This document shows, piece after piece, positions 30,472 through 42,957 of a DNA stretch of 64,000 nt (its first letter is position 1; every line of letters begins with the position of its first letter). The notes beneath the pieces were generated by a model, which worked only from the letters and a program-made list of their open reading frames with translations, ran no database searches and was not told the DNA's origin. Source of the DNA: Salpingoeca rosetta (lineage: Eukaryota > Protista > Choanoflagellata). The DNA lies in NCBI GenBank assembly GCA_033442325.1, contig JAWQFM010000022.1, forward strand, positions 124,001-188,000, written 5' to 3'. The translations under genes were made by a program, and so were the position numbers.

Positions 30472-32587
30472 ATGACCGCAACAACAACCGCGATGAGGTG
30501 GCTGTTGGCGAAGGTGGCTGCACCTTTCCAGCTTGACCAGCGTGCGGTGGTGTTGTGCCGGGTGATACTCGGAACCTACGCCTTGGTGGACCTGTTTCTT
30601 CGCCTGTGCATGAGCGGCGGCATTCACTGGTGCGTGTGTAACCCGTGGCGGCTCTGCCATCCGGCCACGTTCTTGTGTGTTGTGAAATGACATGACAGCT
30701 TGAAGCCCAGTGGGTCATAACGCAACAGTGATGCAATGTGTGGTGTAAAACAACCCATTCTTCAACGCACACCCTGCGTTGTGCGTTCACGCCAGTGTGT
30801 AAGCTCACTTGTTGACGTGCACACACACACACGTGCAAAACACCAATCGATGCAGGTACACGGGCTCGGATGTGGACCCTGCGGCAGCTGTTGCTGTTGA
30901 GGACACCCCGCATGGCGCGTGGATCCACAAGGTGCTGTTCTACCGCGGATCGGTGGAATTTCAGACAGCCGTGTTTACTGTGCACATCGCCATAGCTGCT
31001 TTGTTCACACTGGGTTGGCGCCCGCGAGTTACCAGCCTTTTGCTGTGGCTGGCGACAGTGTGCATGCACGGGCGCCAGGAGTGCTTTCACGACGGCAGCG
31101 ACAAGTACTTTCGAAACCTGCTTCTGTGGTGCTGCTTCATGGACCTACGCCCGCCGTCTCGGCCCATGTCCCAGCATGGCTCATCAGCGCCGCCTGCACC
31201 CGTGATGCGGACGCAGCTATCGGTGGGAACAGTGGGCTACGTCCTGCAGATGTGTCTCATGTACGCTGGGGTGATTGTGCTTCGGTGCCAGGACGGACAC
31301 ACGTGGTTTGACGGCACAGCTGTTGGCTATGCGCTGGGCGCGTCGTTTGCAACCCGCCCTCCAGCCAACGAGCTCGTTGCCTTTCCCGACGCGTGCAAGC
31401 TTCTGTCGTATGCGGGCATGGTTGGCGAGGCCATCATCCCCGTCATGATCCTGCTGACCACACGCCGCAGCACGCGCATGCGCCTGGCCACCATCGCCAA
31501 CACCGCCGCCGTGCATGCAGGCATCTTCGTCATGTTCTATCTCCCGCAGTGGTCTGCCTTTGCCACACTCGCCACGCTCATCCTGCTGCCGTCGGTGGCG
31601 CTGGACTGGATGGAGGTGCATCTTCCGCTCGTTGCACGCATCTGGGCAACGGCACGGCGTCCATCAGCACAGGACAAGCAAGAGCAGCAGACAGGAGACA
31701 AAGCAGCAGACCGGGGCGGAGATGACCAGAGCGTGTCTGCCAACTCGGCACCACCAACTTCATCGCCACCAACTTCATCGTCGTGGGGCGGGCGTGCATG
31801 GAGGGTGATTGGATGTGTGCTGATGGTGTACATGGTGCACGAGTGGCTGGCAACAGATGCGCGCGTGATCACGAGCTTCGATGACGGCGACATTGGACAG
31901 GCGCTACGCTTCTACCAGGGCTGGGTCATGTTCAGCAACCCGAGCGGGTACAGCAAGTGGTACACGGTCCACGCCACCGTCCCCGCTCGCTTCATCGCGC
32001 AGCAGCAGCAGGAGGAGGAGGAGCAGTTGTATTCGTATGGGATGCTGGAGGTAGATGTGCTGGCGTCGCTGAGGCAAGGGCGTGTTGTGGTGACGACGCG
32101 TGACGAGATGGAGCGGCAGCGCACCACCATCCCCACCTGCACGTCGTGCCTGTATGCGTCATGGCGGTACGAGCGTTTCTTGCACAAGGTTCAGGAACGG
32201 TCACACGAGCACCTCCGGCGCCGCGCAATCTGGCCGCTCTCCCGCCACTGGTGCCACGTGTTGAGTGGCATGGGGCAACGGGACACGGCTGCCGGTGCGC
32301 TCACGTTACAGAACGGCACGCACGTGGACCACGTGTATTGGGGCGACATGGGCCTGCGAACCAGCGTGAACCTCTACCGGGTGCAGCCACCGACGCCCAC
32401 GCAGAACGCGTTTACACGCCGCAGGACCCGGACTGACGTGGACGTCACCATCAAATGTTTCACCTGGCCAGAGTTCAACGATGCTCCAGGCGAAGAACGT
32501 GGTGGTGGTGGTGGTGGCGCGAGAGGTACGAGGGGCAGCAGCGCGGAAGCACGAAAGCAGACGCAGCAACGGACACAGGAGTTGTAA
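30472..32587 (+). CDS. HTTM (horizontally transferred transmembrane) domain protein (exons 30472-30629, 30856-32587)
   Basis: LDQRAVVLCRVILGTYALVDLFLR, W|YTGSD, LGWRPRVTSLLLWL, DGSDKYFRNLLLW, WFDGTAVGYAL and QGWVMFS follow the bacterial-type HTTM pattern. Confidence 0.75.
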
Positions 32588-32607
32588 CAGCTCACATGTT
32601 CATGTGC

Positions 32608-32670
<63 letters not shown>

Positions 32671-32890
32671 GTCTCCAAAGTACACCTCAGCTCCATTCGC
32701 GCTTCAATCATGTTTGCGATGGACACGCATGTCGTGCTCGGATGTACTGACCGGGTGGTGACGTGCAAGTAACACGTGGGAGAGGGGGTGGAGCAAAGGG
32801 ACCATGCATGAGCGCACATCCGCGCTGTACATATGTGTGTGGCTGTGTTTGTGTGCGTGCGTGCGTGCGCGCGCGCGTGTGTGTGTGTGT

Positions 32891-34457
32891 TTATTTGGCC
32901 TTTGTTTGGTTCTTGACGGCCTCAATCTTCTTCTTGAGCTCGTCCGGGTTGAGGAGGTAGCTGCGACGGAGACAAAGAGGGGAAGGGCAGAAGGGATTGT
33001 TGTGTGAGGTTGGGGGGAGGGAGCCGTTGATGGCGCGGGTGACGGGATGCAATTTGGGGTTGGTGGTGGCCGACGGGGGGGGGGAGGAGTCAACACAGAC
33101 TGCGAGAGAAGCAAGGAAGACACACACACACACACACACACGCACACACACACACACACACACACAATAGCAAATACCAGCACAACAAGAACAAGAACAA
33201 GAAAAGCAACGACGCACGACGCACGACGACGATGACGCACCTGCCGGAGAGGTGCTCGGCTGCGTTCTCGCGCTTGATGGGCTTCATGTCCTCATCAAAC
33301 TCGTACACGAGCGGCACGCCCGTGGGTACGTCAATCTTGGTGATGACGTCCTCGGGGATGTTGTCGAGATGCTTGATGATGGCGCGGATGCTGTTGCCGT
33401 GGGCCGCGATGAGCACGCGCTTGCCGCTCTTCACCATCGGCACAATCGTCTCGTTCCAGTACGGCAGAACACGCTCAAGCGTCAGCTTCAGGCTCTGTGG
33501 CGCAGAGAACGAGGACGAGGAGGAGTGTGTGGATGAGGGAAGAGGGAGAGTGAGTGTGTGTGTGTGTGTATGTGTGTACTTGTGCGTGTGTACTTGTGTG
33601 TGTGTGTGTACATTTGTGTGTGTACATTTGTGTGTTGTGTGCGTGCGTGCGTTGATGTACAACATTGTGTGATGGCCCTGCATGCTTGTTGTGCGCTGCT
33701 CCCACACCCTGCTACTTCGCGCGCGCATGGTTGCATGGATGCATGGATGCGTGCCCGCACCTCCGTGAGCGGGAGCTTGTCCTTGGGGATGTCCTTGGCC
33801 CAGGGGAAGTTGCCCGGATAGTACTCGTGGTCCTCCGTGGCCGGGGGTGGAGGCACATCGTACGAGCGGCGCCAGATCATCACCTGTTGTTTGTTTGGTG
33901 TGTGTGTATGGGGGGGGGGGCAGACCAATATGTTGGTTGTTCGGGTGAGGCAGATTGAGGGTGCGATGGTGTTCATCCTTTCACAAGTGCACACGCAAAT
34001 GAATAAACAAACAAACCAACACAAACACACACACACACACAAGCAAACAAACCAACACACACACACACACACACACACCACACACACACCACACACACAC
34101 ACACACACACGCACGCAGCTGCACCTGGTCGATGCCGTGCTTGTCGACGGTCTCCTGCTTGTTGAGGCCGGCGAGGGCGCCGTACATGCGCTCGTTGAGG
34201 CGGTAGTCCTTCTCCACGGGGATGTAGAGCTGGTCAAGCTCCTCCAGGACAATGTTGCATGTCTGGATGGCGCGCTTGAGCACAGAGGTGTAGGCAATGT
34301 CAAACTCGTACTTGTGCTCCTTGAGCATCTTGCCTGCCTCCTGGGCCTCCGACACGCCCTGCTCCGAGAGCGGCACGTCGACCCAGCCCGTGAACTTGTT
34401 CTCCAAGTTCCACACGGACTGCCCGTGCCTCACAAACACAACAGTGTACTTGGACAT
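32891..34457 (-). CDS. PGAM: 2,3-bisphosphoglycerate-dependent phosphoglycerate mutase, 4 exons
   Basis: Motifs [48 protein letters not shown] and [10 protein letters not shown]...[12 protein letters not shown]. The last exon is [22 protein letters not shown]. An upstream in-frame ATG at 34553 is possible. Confidence 0.95.
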
Positions 34458-34925
34458 TCTCCTTGCTGCCTGCGTCGCCACGGTTGCTGCTGGTGGGTCC
34501 TTGGCTCTGATGCTCGTGCTCTTCTCGCTGCTGCAACAGCTGCTGCTGAACATATGAAGAGGTGTTGGGAATGGGTGCAGTCGGTGGCAAGAAGTAGATC
34601 AGTGTGTGCGTTGGTCGGTTGCTGAGATTGCTGCTGCAGCAGAAAGTGTGGCGTTGGGTGAATGCATTTTGTGGTGTCGCATAGCACATATAGCGCCGGG
34701 CGGCGTCCGCTGAGTCATCATTCCTCTCTTTCTTCCTCCACGTCACAGCACATCGAGAGAGTGTGCTGTGCTCCTCACATTCACTTGCTTGTTGTGTCGA
34801 CATTCATTTCCTTCCCCCTTCATCTCCGCTCTCATCAGTCTTGATCTCTTTGTAACATCTGGTGAGAGAAAGCAGAGCAAGGCAAGGCAAAGGCAAAGCA
34901 AGGCCAAGGCGACCCTCCTGTCGTC

Positions 34926-35490
34926 ATGTTCCAGGCGTTGTTTGGATCGTCTGGCGGCAGCGGCGATGGGCGAGCTGTCCTGGTGAACGGGGACTGCCTC
35001 ACCCTCCGCGCGGGCACGCGCAGGTTCACGCCGCGCATCAAGAACACGTCGGCACAGCCGTGGAGTGGCACCATCCGCCTCGTCTCCGTCAATGGGTTCC
35101 CCGTCAGGGGTGAGGACGACGGCGGCAAGAAAAACACGTGGCAGATCCCCGTCACCATGCCTGGCGAAACAAGCACCATCGAGATCCTCGTAAGTGAGTG
35201 TGTGTGTGTGTGCGTGTGTGCGTGTGTGCGTGTGTGTGCGTGTGCGACTGTGTGTGAGTATGTGAGTGTGTGAGTATGTGTGTGAGTATGTGAGTGTGCG
35301 AGATGGAGTGCCACCATGAAAGCAAGTCAAAGGAAGCGAGTGGCGTGCGAATGGGCAAGTCGCGCTGTGTTGTGCTGATGCAAAGCACACTGCAAGATCA
35401 GTGTCGATGTGCCTGTTTTTTTTTTTTTTTGTTTTTTTTTTTTTGACATTTTGCTCACCGTGCTTTGCCTGCCGCCGGTTGTGCTTCCAC

Positions 35491-35540
<50 letters not shown>

Positions 35541-35810
35541 CGTACGCACGCATGGTCGCTGTGGTTTCAGTTGGATCCCATGTTCGGCACTGTGAAGCTG
35601 CAGTTTGAAGTCGAGGACGCAGATGGCCAGCCACTCGGCAACTTCCAGGGAACACCAGGTGCCACGCAACTGCCACTTGCTTTGAGCGTGCACGTCATTC
35701 AATCATGTTTTAGGGTTTCAACATGTGCGCATTGTAACGTTACACGCACACAGACACAGACACAGACACACAGACACAGACACAGACACACACACACACA
35801 CACTCACACA

Positions 35811-35847
<37 letters not shown>

Positions 35848-37075
35848 ACACACGACTCTGGCCTTGTTTTTGTTTTCACCTCTGATCTACATTCCAGGGC
35901 AAATGATGGTTCGCATGGAAGGGCACAAGATGAGAGCAATGGTAAGTGAATGCGTGAGCTCTTTCTGTCTTTGGTCGTGCGGGTGACGAAACACCATCCC
36001 TTTCACGTACGCTTTGCTCATCCAAGACATCATAACACACACACACACACACACCCGCATATGCAGGCCCTCATGTTGCACAAGATCAATGGGCGTGACG
36101 TGTTCGACACCAACCAGCCATCGCCTGACCTCAAGGAACAGCTCCAAGCCACAGGTGTGCATATGTTTATGTGTGTGCGCTTGCACTTGCGCTGTGTGTC
36201 GAGAGTAGTCTGCGCAGCTTATTTCTGCTACCCTCACAACACACTCTCACAACAACACATTTCCAACAACACCCCCACGGGCAGAGACCAAGGTGCGGGT
36301 AACCCCGGCGCTGGTGCGGGCGATGCTACAGCGCGAGAGCGAGCTGCGCAAGACAGATGCCGTGCAGCGCGAGTACACGGTCGACGGTGTCATCCCCGTC
36401 ACGCAGCGGCTGCAGCGGCGCGTTGCGGAGGAGTTTGGGTTCAGCGACCCCGCGGTCGGGGTTGAGCTGATGCAGGCGGCAGAGGCCCTGTATCCGGACG
36501 AGGACATGAGGAGCGCGTCGCACTGGCGCAAGTACAACCGCGCGTCACGTGGCGTTGTGTCACCTGGCGATGACGTCACTGCCACGCCCCTTTTGACAAT
36601 GGACGGGGCATCCACCACGCTCGGCGATGCTGTGCACGATGACAGCAAACCGTGCGTTGTGATGTGCGGGTCGTATTCGTGACCGCCGTTCCGCCTGCTG
36701 GTGGAGGACCTTCTTCAGATGACGGAGGACTTTGCCGGCAAGGCGGAATTCATGTCCGTTTACCTGTGCGAAGCGCACGCGCAGGACGAGTGGCCTGTGG
36801 GGGACAGGTTCATCAACGTTCCCGTGTTTGACCAGCACAAGACGGTGGAGGAGCGCGCCACCGCCGCTGGAAAGTTTGTGCACGACTACGGCTGGCACAT
36901 CCCGATGTACCTGGACACGCTGGACAACGCGGTGGTGACGGCGTTTGGTGCGTGGCCTCTTCGCTTCTTCATTGTGCAGGGCGGCAAGCTTGTGCACAAG
37001 GCGGAACCCACGCACGAGTACACGTACAGCGTGCAGGATCTCAGGGATGCGCTCACCTCCCTACTCTCACCATAA
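34926..37075 (+). CDS. Iodothyronine deiodinase-like selenoprotein (424 aa, in-frame TGA read as Sec at 36680-36682) with an uncharacterised N-terminal region
   Basis: Exons 34926-35189, 35571-35658, 35898-35941, 36067-36154 and 36285-37075 are GT-AG and phase-compatible (1275 nt). ORFs 36293..36682 and 36701..37075 share one frame: CVVMCGSYS-TGA-PPFRLL, followed by VYLCEAHAQDEW and YLDTLDN...FGAWPLRFFIV, which are deiodinase motifs. Confidence 0.85.
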
Positions 37076-37430
37076 CCACCCATGCTGCTGTTGTGTGTGT
37101 GTGGGTGTGCTGGGTGTGTTTGTTTGTTTGGTGTGTTTGTTTGTGTGTGTGCGTTCAGTGTGCGTGTGTGTGGGTGTGCTGGGTGTGTGTTCAGTGTGTG
37201 TGTGTGTGTGTTTGCTGCGTGCACATGTGTGTTTGGTGTGCTGCAACGCGTGTTCTGCATTCTGTGTCCCATCATCTTTGTGGTCTATCCCGCGACTCCC
37301 CTCACCATTATCCCTTTGAGCTCTGTTGTCCCGCGTTACCTACTGCATGTCGCTGCGCGCGCGTGTGCTTTGTTCTTGTTGGTTGTTTGTGATGGGCGCC
37401 TGGTCATCCTCTCTTGTTGAGGCCCAGGAA

Positions 37431-37557
37431 GGTGGAACACACGTGTGTGTGATGCATGTGTGATGTGTGGTGCATGTGTGTGATGGTGGTTCAACAAGAC
37501 CACCACCACCACCGCCAACATCAACATCAATGATCATGTCACGACGTGTGTTCCACC
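37431..37557 (+). promoter_or_regulatory. Long 3'-UTR hairpin downstream of the selenoprotein gene (candidate SECIS region, non-canonical)
   Basis: A perfect 14-bp inverted repeat ggtggaacacacgt (37431-37444) / acgtgtgttccacc (37544-37557) encloses an inner stem-loop ggtggtt-caacaa-gaccacc. A canonical SECIS core could not be confirmed by eye. Confidence 0.3.
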
Positions 37558-37751
37558 ACTGCCCTGATGTGTGGTTCTCCCTGCTGCTGCTTCAACCCCC
37601 CCCCCCAATGTGAAGCACAGCTGTGGTGGCCACACCATACCGTCCAAGTCCACAGCCGCCACGCTCAGGAGTAAAAAGAAACACCACGCATTTCATATTG
37701 TTCCTTCCTCCTGCCATATATTATTGCGTCATGTCATCCCAAAGCAACAAC

Positions 37752-37943
37752 ATGAAAGCGTTGTTGGTGTTGGCGTTAGTGGTGTTGGTGTTGGCAGGGA
37801 TGGTGGTGAACGGGGTGAGCGCAGGTCGTGGTGGTGGGTTCGATGCAGTGTTGCAGCAGCTGACGGGAGGCATTCAAGGCAACGGCAAGGAAGCAAGAAG
37901 CAGTGATGATCGTGAGCTCACCATCGCATCCACCATTGAGGTT

Positions 37944-38023
<80 letters not shown>

Positions 38024-38609
38024 GTGTGTGTGTGTGTGTTGAGTAGCGGGAGGCAACTGCACTGTGTCTCGCTGCGCGAGAGGCAACTGCACTGCATGAG
38101 AAGCAACTGCATTGTGTGTCGCTGCGCGAGAGGCAACTGCACTGTGTCTTGTTGCATGAAAAGCAACTGCATTGTGATGTGTGTTGCTGCTAGCCAAGTC
38201 ACAACATGTCTTGTGAATTGCGTTGTGACAGGAGCTGCGCCAGTTAATGGCCTCAACGACAGGGGACGATGCGTTGCAGCGAGCCGTGCAGCGGCACGTG
38301 CATGCCTTTGACGCATACGTGAACGGAAGGGACCCTCCTCGCACCGCGGAAGACTTTTCAAGCTCGCTCCACTTCCAACATGTGCCGCACATGGATGAAC
38401 TCGCCACTCAAGCGCGGCTGCGGTGGGCTGTTGCGGCGGAAGAAACACCCAGGACACATGACATTCACGGCGTCCCCCTGCTCGTGGACCAACCTCGTCT
38501 GCTTCAAGGCGCCATCACACCCACCAGCCATCACTTTTGGGTGAGCGGCTTGTTGTTGTGTGGGAGCCATCAGGGTCACACACACACACACACACACAGT
38601 CACACACAG

Positions 38610-38698
<89 letters not shown>

Positions 38699-39819
38699 CT
38701 CACTCACACACACACTCACACACACACACACAGAGTCACTCTGTCACTCTCTCTCACACAGTCACTCGCACAGTCACTCACACACACTCACACACACACA
38801 GTCACTCACTCACTCACTCACTCACAAGCACACGCCCTTCCTCCCCTGCAGCACGCTGTTCGTGCATTGGAAGAAGGAGACTTTTCTCAGAACACACTGA
38901 ACAGCGTGAGAAGTGACCTTGGCTTGCTTGCAAAGGCTGCTGTTGCCGCTGCGACACCCCGTCTCAACCTCCATCTGCTCAGTGCGCAGGTCTGTGTTCG
39001 CAACGGGTCGCGCTTTGTGTCACCCTTTCAGACGGCCGCAAGCATTGGGCTCGACTGCACCGACATCCACAGCGCTCCAGCACTGTCAGCGCCGCTTGAT
39101 GCGGCATGTGATGCGAACGAACCCAGCTGTGTCCAGCATTCGTCCCAACAGCCCATCGCTGATGACACAGAGGGGCGGTTGGAGGTGTGGCTGCCCTTGG
39201 CGGCTTCGCGACTGGACATCACCAGCAACATCATTCATCTTCGGGACCCGCGACCAGCGAGCGGCCTTGCGTTTCCACCATCGTTCCAGCTCGGCAACAC
39301 GCGTGCGCTGGAGATGCAGCCTGGCACCGTGCACATCGTGCCCAGCAGCCTCGCTGGCTACATGCTTCACAAACACGGCCCTGTTAGTGGTGATGGTGGT
39401 GGTGGTGGAAGTGACGGTGACTTTGGTGGGAGCCAAGATGACAGCGGTGGTGATGATGATGGAGATCCACCCAACATCATTCTTGTGGCCCATGCCGTCA
39501 AAGGTGGCTGTGCTGGGGGCTGTGCTGAAGCGGGTGATTTGAGTACTTGCGGCGACGGGTGTGGTGGCGGTGGCAACGACGACACGCTGACGGTCGAACT
39601 GCACTCTGCGTGGGCCGGTGTGAATGGTCGCGGCCACTTCAATGCGCCGCACAACCACCCGGACGCCACGCTCTCCGGCGTCGTCTACTTGCGGTGGGAG
39701 CCAATAGCTATGATGGTGCTTGGTGATTGGTGACAAGTGATTCGTAGTGTTCATTCATCATCGCAATGCGCCATTCAGTACCGTGCACATCGGTGTTTGT
39801 TTGGTTGAAGCAACAAACA

Positions 39820-39859
<40 letters not shown>

Positions 39860-40657
39860 CACGCGGCCTCTCACGTCTCCCCTTGCAATGTTGGTCCCCA
39901 AACAGAACGGGTCATGCTTCGCCAGCGGCCACAACGCGCATCACGTTCATCAAACCGAACTGTCACTCCAGCAACAGCTCTCGGTCCGTGTTAATGTTCG
40001 CTTGCAGTCATCGCGACACTTTCACATTTCAATGCTTGTTGTGCTCCGCACTCGCACTCGCACTCGCACTCGCACTCGCACTCGCACTCGCACTCGCACG
40101 TACCCTCCAAATGCCCTGACACACATACGACGACATGGTTGATTACGTTTCCGCATCAGGTGTCACGTGAGCGCTGACGTTGAAGCGGGGGATGTGCTCG
40201 TGTTTCCATCGTGGCTGGATCATTTTGTTCCCCCACACACGGTGAGAGCGCTTGGCATGCGTGGTGTGCTCTGCGTATTGGGGGGGGGGGGAGGGGAGCG
40301 ATTGCACTGCGAAACCACACACTCACTCACTCACACACGCTCACACACACGCTCACACACACACACTCACTCACTCACACACACGCGCGCTCACTCACTC
40401 ACTCACTCACTCACTCACTCACTCACTCACTCACTCACTCACTCACTCACTCACTCACTCACTCACTCACTCACACACACTCACTCACTCACACTCACTC
40501 ACTCACACATTGACAGGGCGCGGAGCCACGCATGATGGTTGCCTTCAACGCTCGCGTGCGATACACATATGCGAATGGCGGAGAAGGTGCAGCCATGGCA
40601 GGAAACAGAGATGCAAGCGTGCACCTCCCACGTCGACACATGCACGCACACAACTGA
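37752..40657 (+). CDS. Secreted 2OG-Fe(II) oxygenase-like protein (TIGR02466/2OG-FeII_Oxy_5 type), multi-exon
   Basis: Signal peptide MKALLVLALVVLVLAG. Motifs SAWAGVNGRGHFNAPHNHPDATLSGVVYL, EAGDVLVFPSWLDHFVPPH and EPRMMVAFN. Stop TGA at 40655-40657. Confidence 0.75.
38050..38175. repeat. Degenerate intronic minisatellite built on gcaactgca (5 copies)
   Basis: Units such as gaggcaactgcactg... and aagcaactgcattg... repeat inside intron 1 of the 2OG oxygenase gene. Confidence 0.75.
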
Positions 40658-40911
40658 TGCTTTCGTGCAACGTCGCTCGTCTCATAGCTCGCATGTGTGC
40701 GTGTGCGTGTGCGTGTGCATGTGTGTTGAATTATATTGGCGCATGACACACTTATGGGCATATGTTTATTGCTTTTGAGACACGGTGAAAAAGATGTGTA
40801 ACAGAGAGATAAACCACTGCAAGCTATAGACAACAATGACATCCGTGATCACGTAACGCGGGGTGCATGTGCAGTGGATGCACTCTTGTGTGCGCTTGTG
40901 TACTCCTGCCA

Positions 40912-42007
40912 TCACGCGCTGGCTTGTTGTTGTTGGCCATCTGTTGCTGCCGGCGTGACGCGCAATGCACGATCTTGTTCCTGCTGCCCCTCGTCAATGG
41001 CTTCCGTCCCTGTTTCGCGCTCGTCGTTGTGATCGCCCGTCAGCGCAGGTCTGTCATCCCCCTCCTCGCTGACACCACCATGATCACCATCACCAACTGT
41101 TGCGCCCATCCCCTCTTCTTCGCCAACAGCTGCTGGTGTGTCGAGAGGTGATCCATGACCGCCGCTGTCACCGTCACCTTCATCTACAGGTTCCTTCTGC
41201 ACCCCATCGCTTTGGCTGTTGTGTTTTTCGCTCTCACGCTCCAACGCTGCCGCCGTCGCTGCTGCAAACGCGTTTCATGAGACGGTGGGGGTGGGGGAGG
41301 GTCAAGGCAGGGCAAGTGTTAGACAAAACAAGAGCACGAACTGTGGTCATGCAGGGTGTGGGGGGGGCAAGAGCCCATGTGTCCTGAGGAACAACAAAGC
41401 AGGAGCAAGTTGGCATTAATGCTCACCTTCCCAAGCATCGGGCTCAGTCTCCCGCAAGTGTCTCTGCAACGATCTACCAGCAGGAGAAGAGAAAGAAGGG
41501 TGTAAGTGGCGCAAGCACAGGACCAGCCACAGAACCAGCAGTAAAAGATCTGCAGTAAAGGACCAGCAGTAAAAGATCTGCAGTAAAGGACCAGCAGCAA
41601 CAAAGGACCAGCCACAGGACAAGCTGCAGTGGCAGCTGTGGGCGCAAGCGAACACACCAAGCACCAGCCGGTGTCACCACCCATCGTCCATGTTCTAAGA
41701 ACAAGACCAAGACCGAGAAAACAAAGGGGGGATAGTGAAAGCGCACCTTAGGGTACGGAAGATGATCATGAGGTCGTCCTTGGCTGCGCTGATGAGATGT
41801 GCGTAGCGAGCATACTGGTGTTGGACAGCGATGTGCTTGCGGTCTGCCTCCTGTGTTTGTGCCACCAATGTCTGTGTCGTCTGCTGCAGTCTCGCCAATC
41901 TACGCAGCCAAACATGTACATGAGTGTGCATAAGGAGGAGTGAGGGTGTGGGTGTGTCAGAGAGAGAGAGAAAGGGGGAAGTGCAGGTTGAGCTCGCAGA
42001 CGAGTGT

Positions 42008-42077
<70 letters not shown>

Positions 42078-42298
42078 TGCAAACGAGGCACGCACGTTTC
42101 CTGCTGCTTTGGGAGCACATGTTGTTGCAACTGCTCGTTATCCACCATGCCGTGCAAGGCATCTATCAGCGTTGTGCGATTGTCACCATCATCATCATCA
42201 TCAACACCGCCAGTGGCAGCCTGAGCACTGCGACTGCTGCTGCTTGTCGGCCTGTCGTCCGCCATCGTCGTCGTTGTTGTGTGTGCTTGACCTTCCAT
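40912..42298 (-). CDS. KXD1: KxDL-domain protein (BORC/BLOC-1-associated KXD1 homolog), multi-exon
   Basis: LIDALHGMVD...KQQET|LARLQQTTQTL...HLISAAKDDLMIIFRTLR|SLQRHLRETEPDAW matches the KXD1 KxDLxxIFxxLR pattern. Acidic tail. Confidence 0.72.
41534..41589. repeat. 28-bp tandem duplication in a KXD1 intron
   Basis: accagcagtaaaagatctgcagtaaagg occurs twice in tandem. Confidence 0.85.
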
Positions 42299-42643
42299 CG
42301 AAAATTATGCCAAGTTGTCCACAAATCGCCAACAACCACAGCTCTGTGGAACCCTTCCACCCACCTCCATCGCGCGTGCTGTTGTGCTGCCACGAAAGCA
42401 ATCCAAGCGTTTACTTCTGAGTTGATGGTTGCATTGGCACCACCACCCAGAGACTGCCACATACAGACCATGCCCATCACCACCACCACCACCACCACCA
42501 CCATCGTAGCATAATCATGCACGTCATCATCATCAAATCGCACCACACTGCGGTGACACCACCGCGACATGCAAGCACAACCGCAGCTATGGACCTTGAT
42601 ATCTTCAACTCAACTCAAAACAACACAACAAGCCGGTAGCCAT

Positions 42644-42706
<63 letters not shown>

Positions 42707-42957
42707 CTCAGCCAGTCGGCCATCCATTCCCATTTCTCTCCCCATCACGCTCACACTCACACTGTTGCACTCACTCACGCTCACGCACACACACACACAC
42801 TCCCTGACTCACATTCCCACCCTCACTTGCGCCACGCGCTACCTTGCTTCGGGCTGATACATACACACCGCAACAAGAAACGACTGCACGACACCAAACC
42901 TATGCACAAAACGACCACAGCCCATCAACCACATGTCCACATGAACCACAGCACATG

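Noticed and set aside
36680-36682. TGA interpreted as a pseudogene stop or the boundary between two genes
   Set aside because: It falls exactly at the deiodinase Sec position with an intact frame and motifs on both sides.
38050-38175. Spaced short repeats resembling a CRISPR array (also 41534-41589 and 57631-57783)
   Set aside because: Eukaryotic intronic or intergenic context, too few or degenerate units, non-unique spacers and no cas genes.
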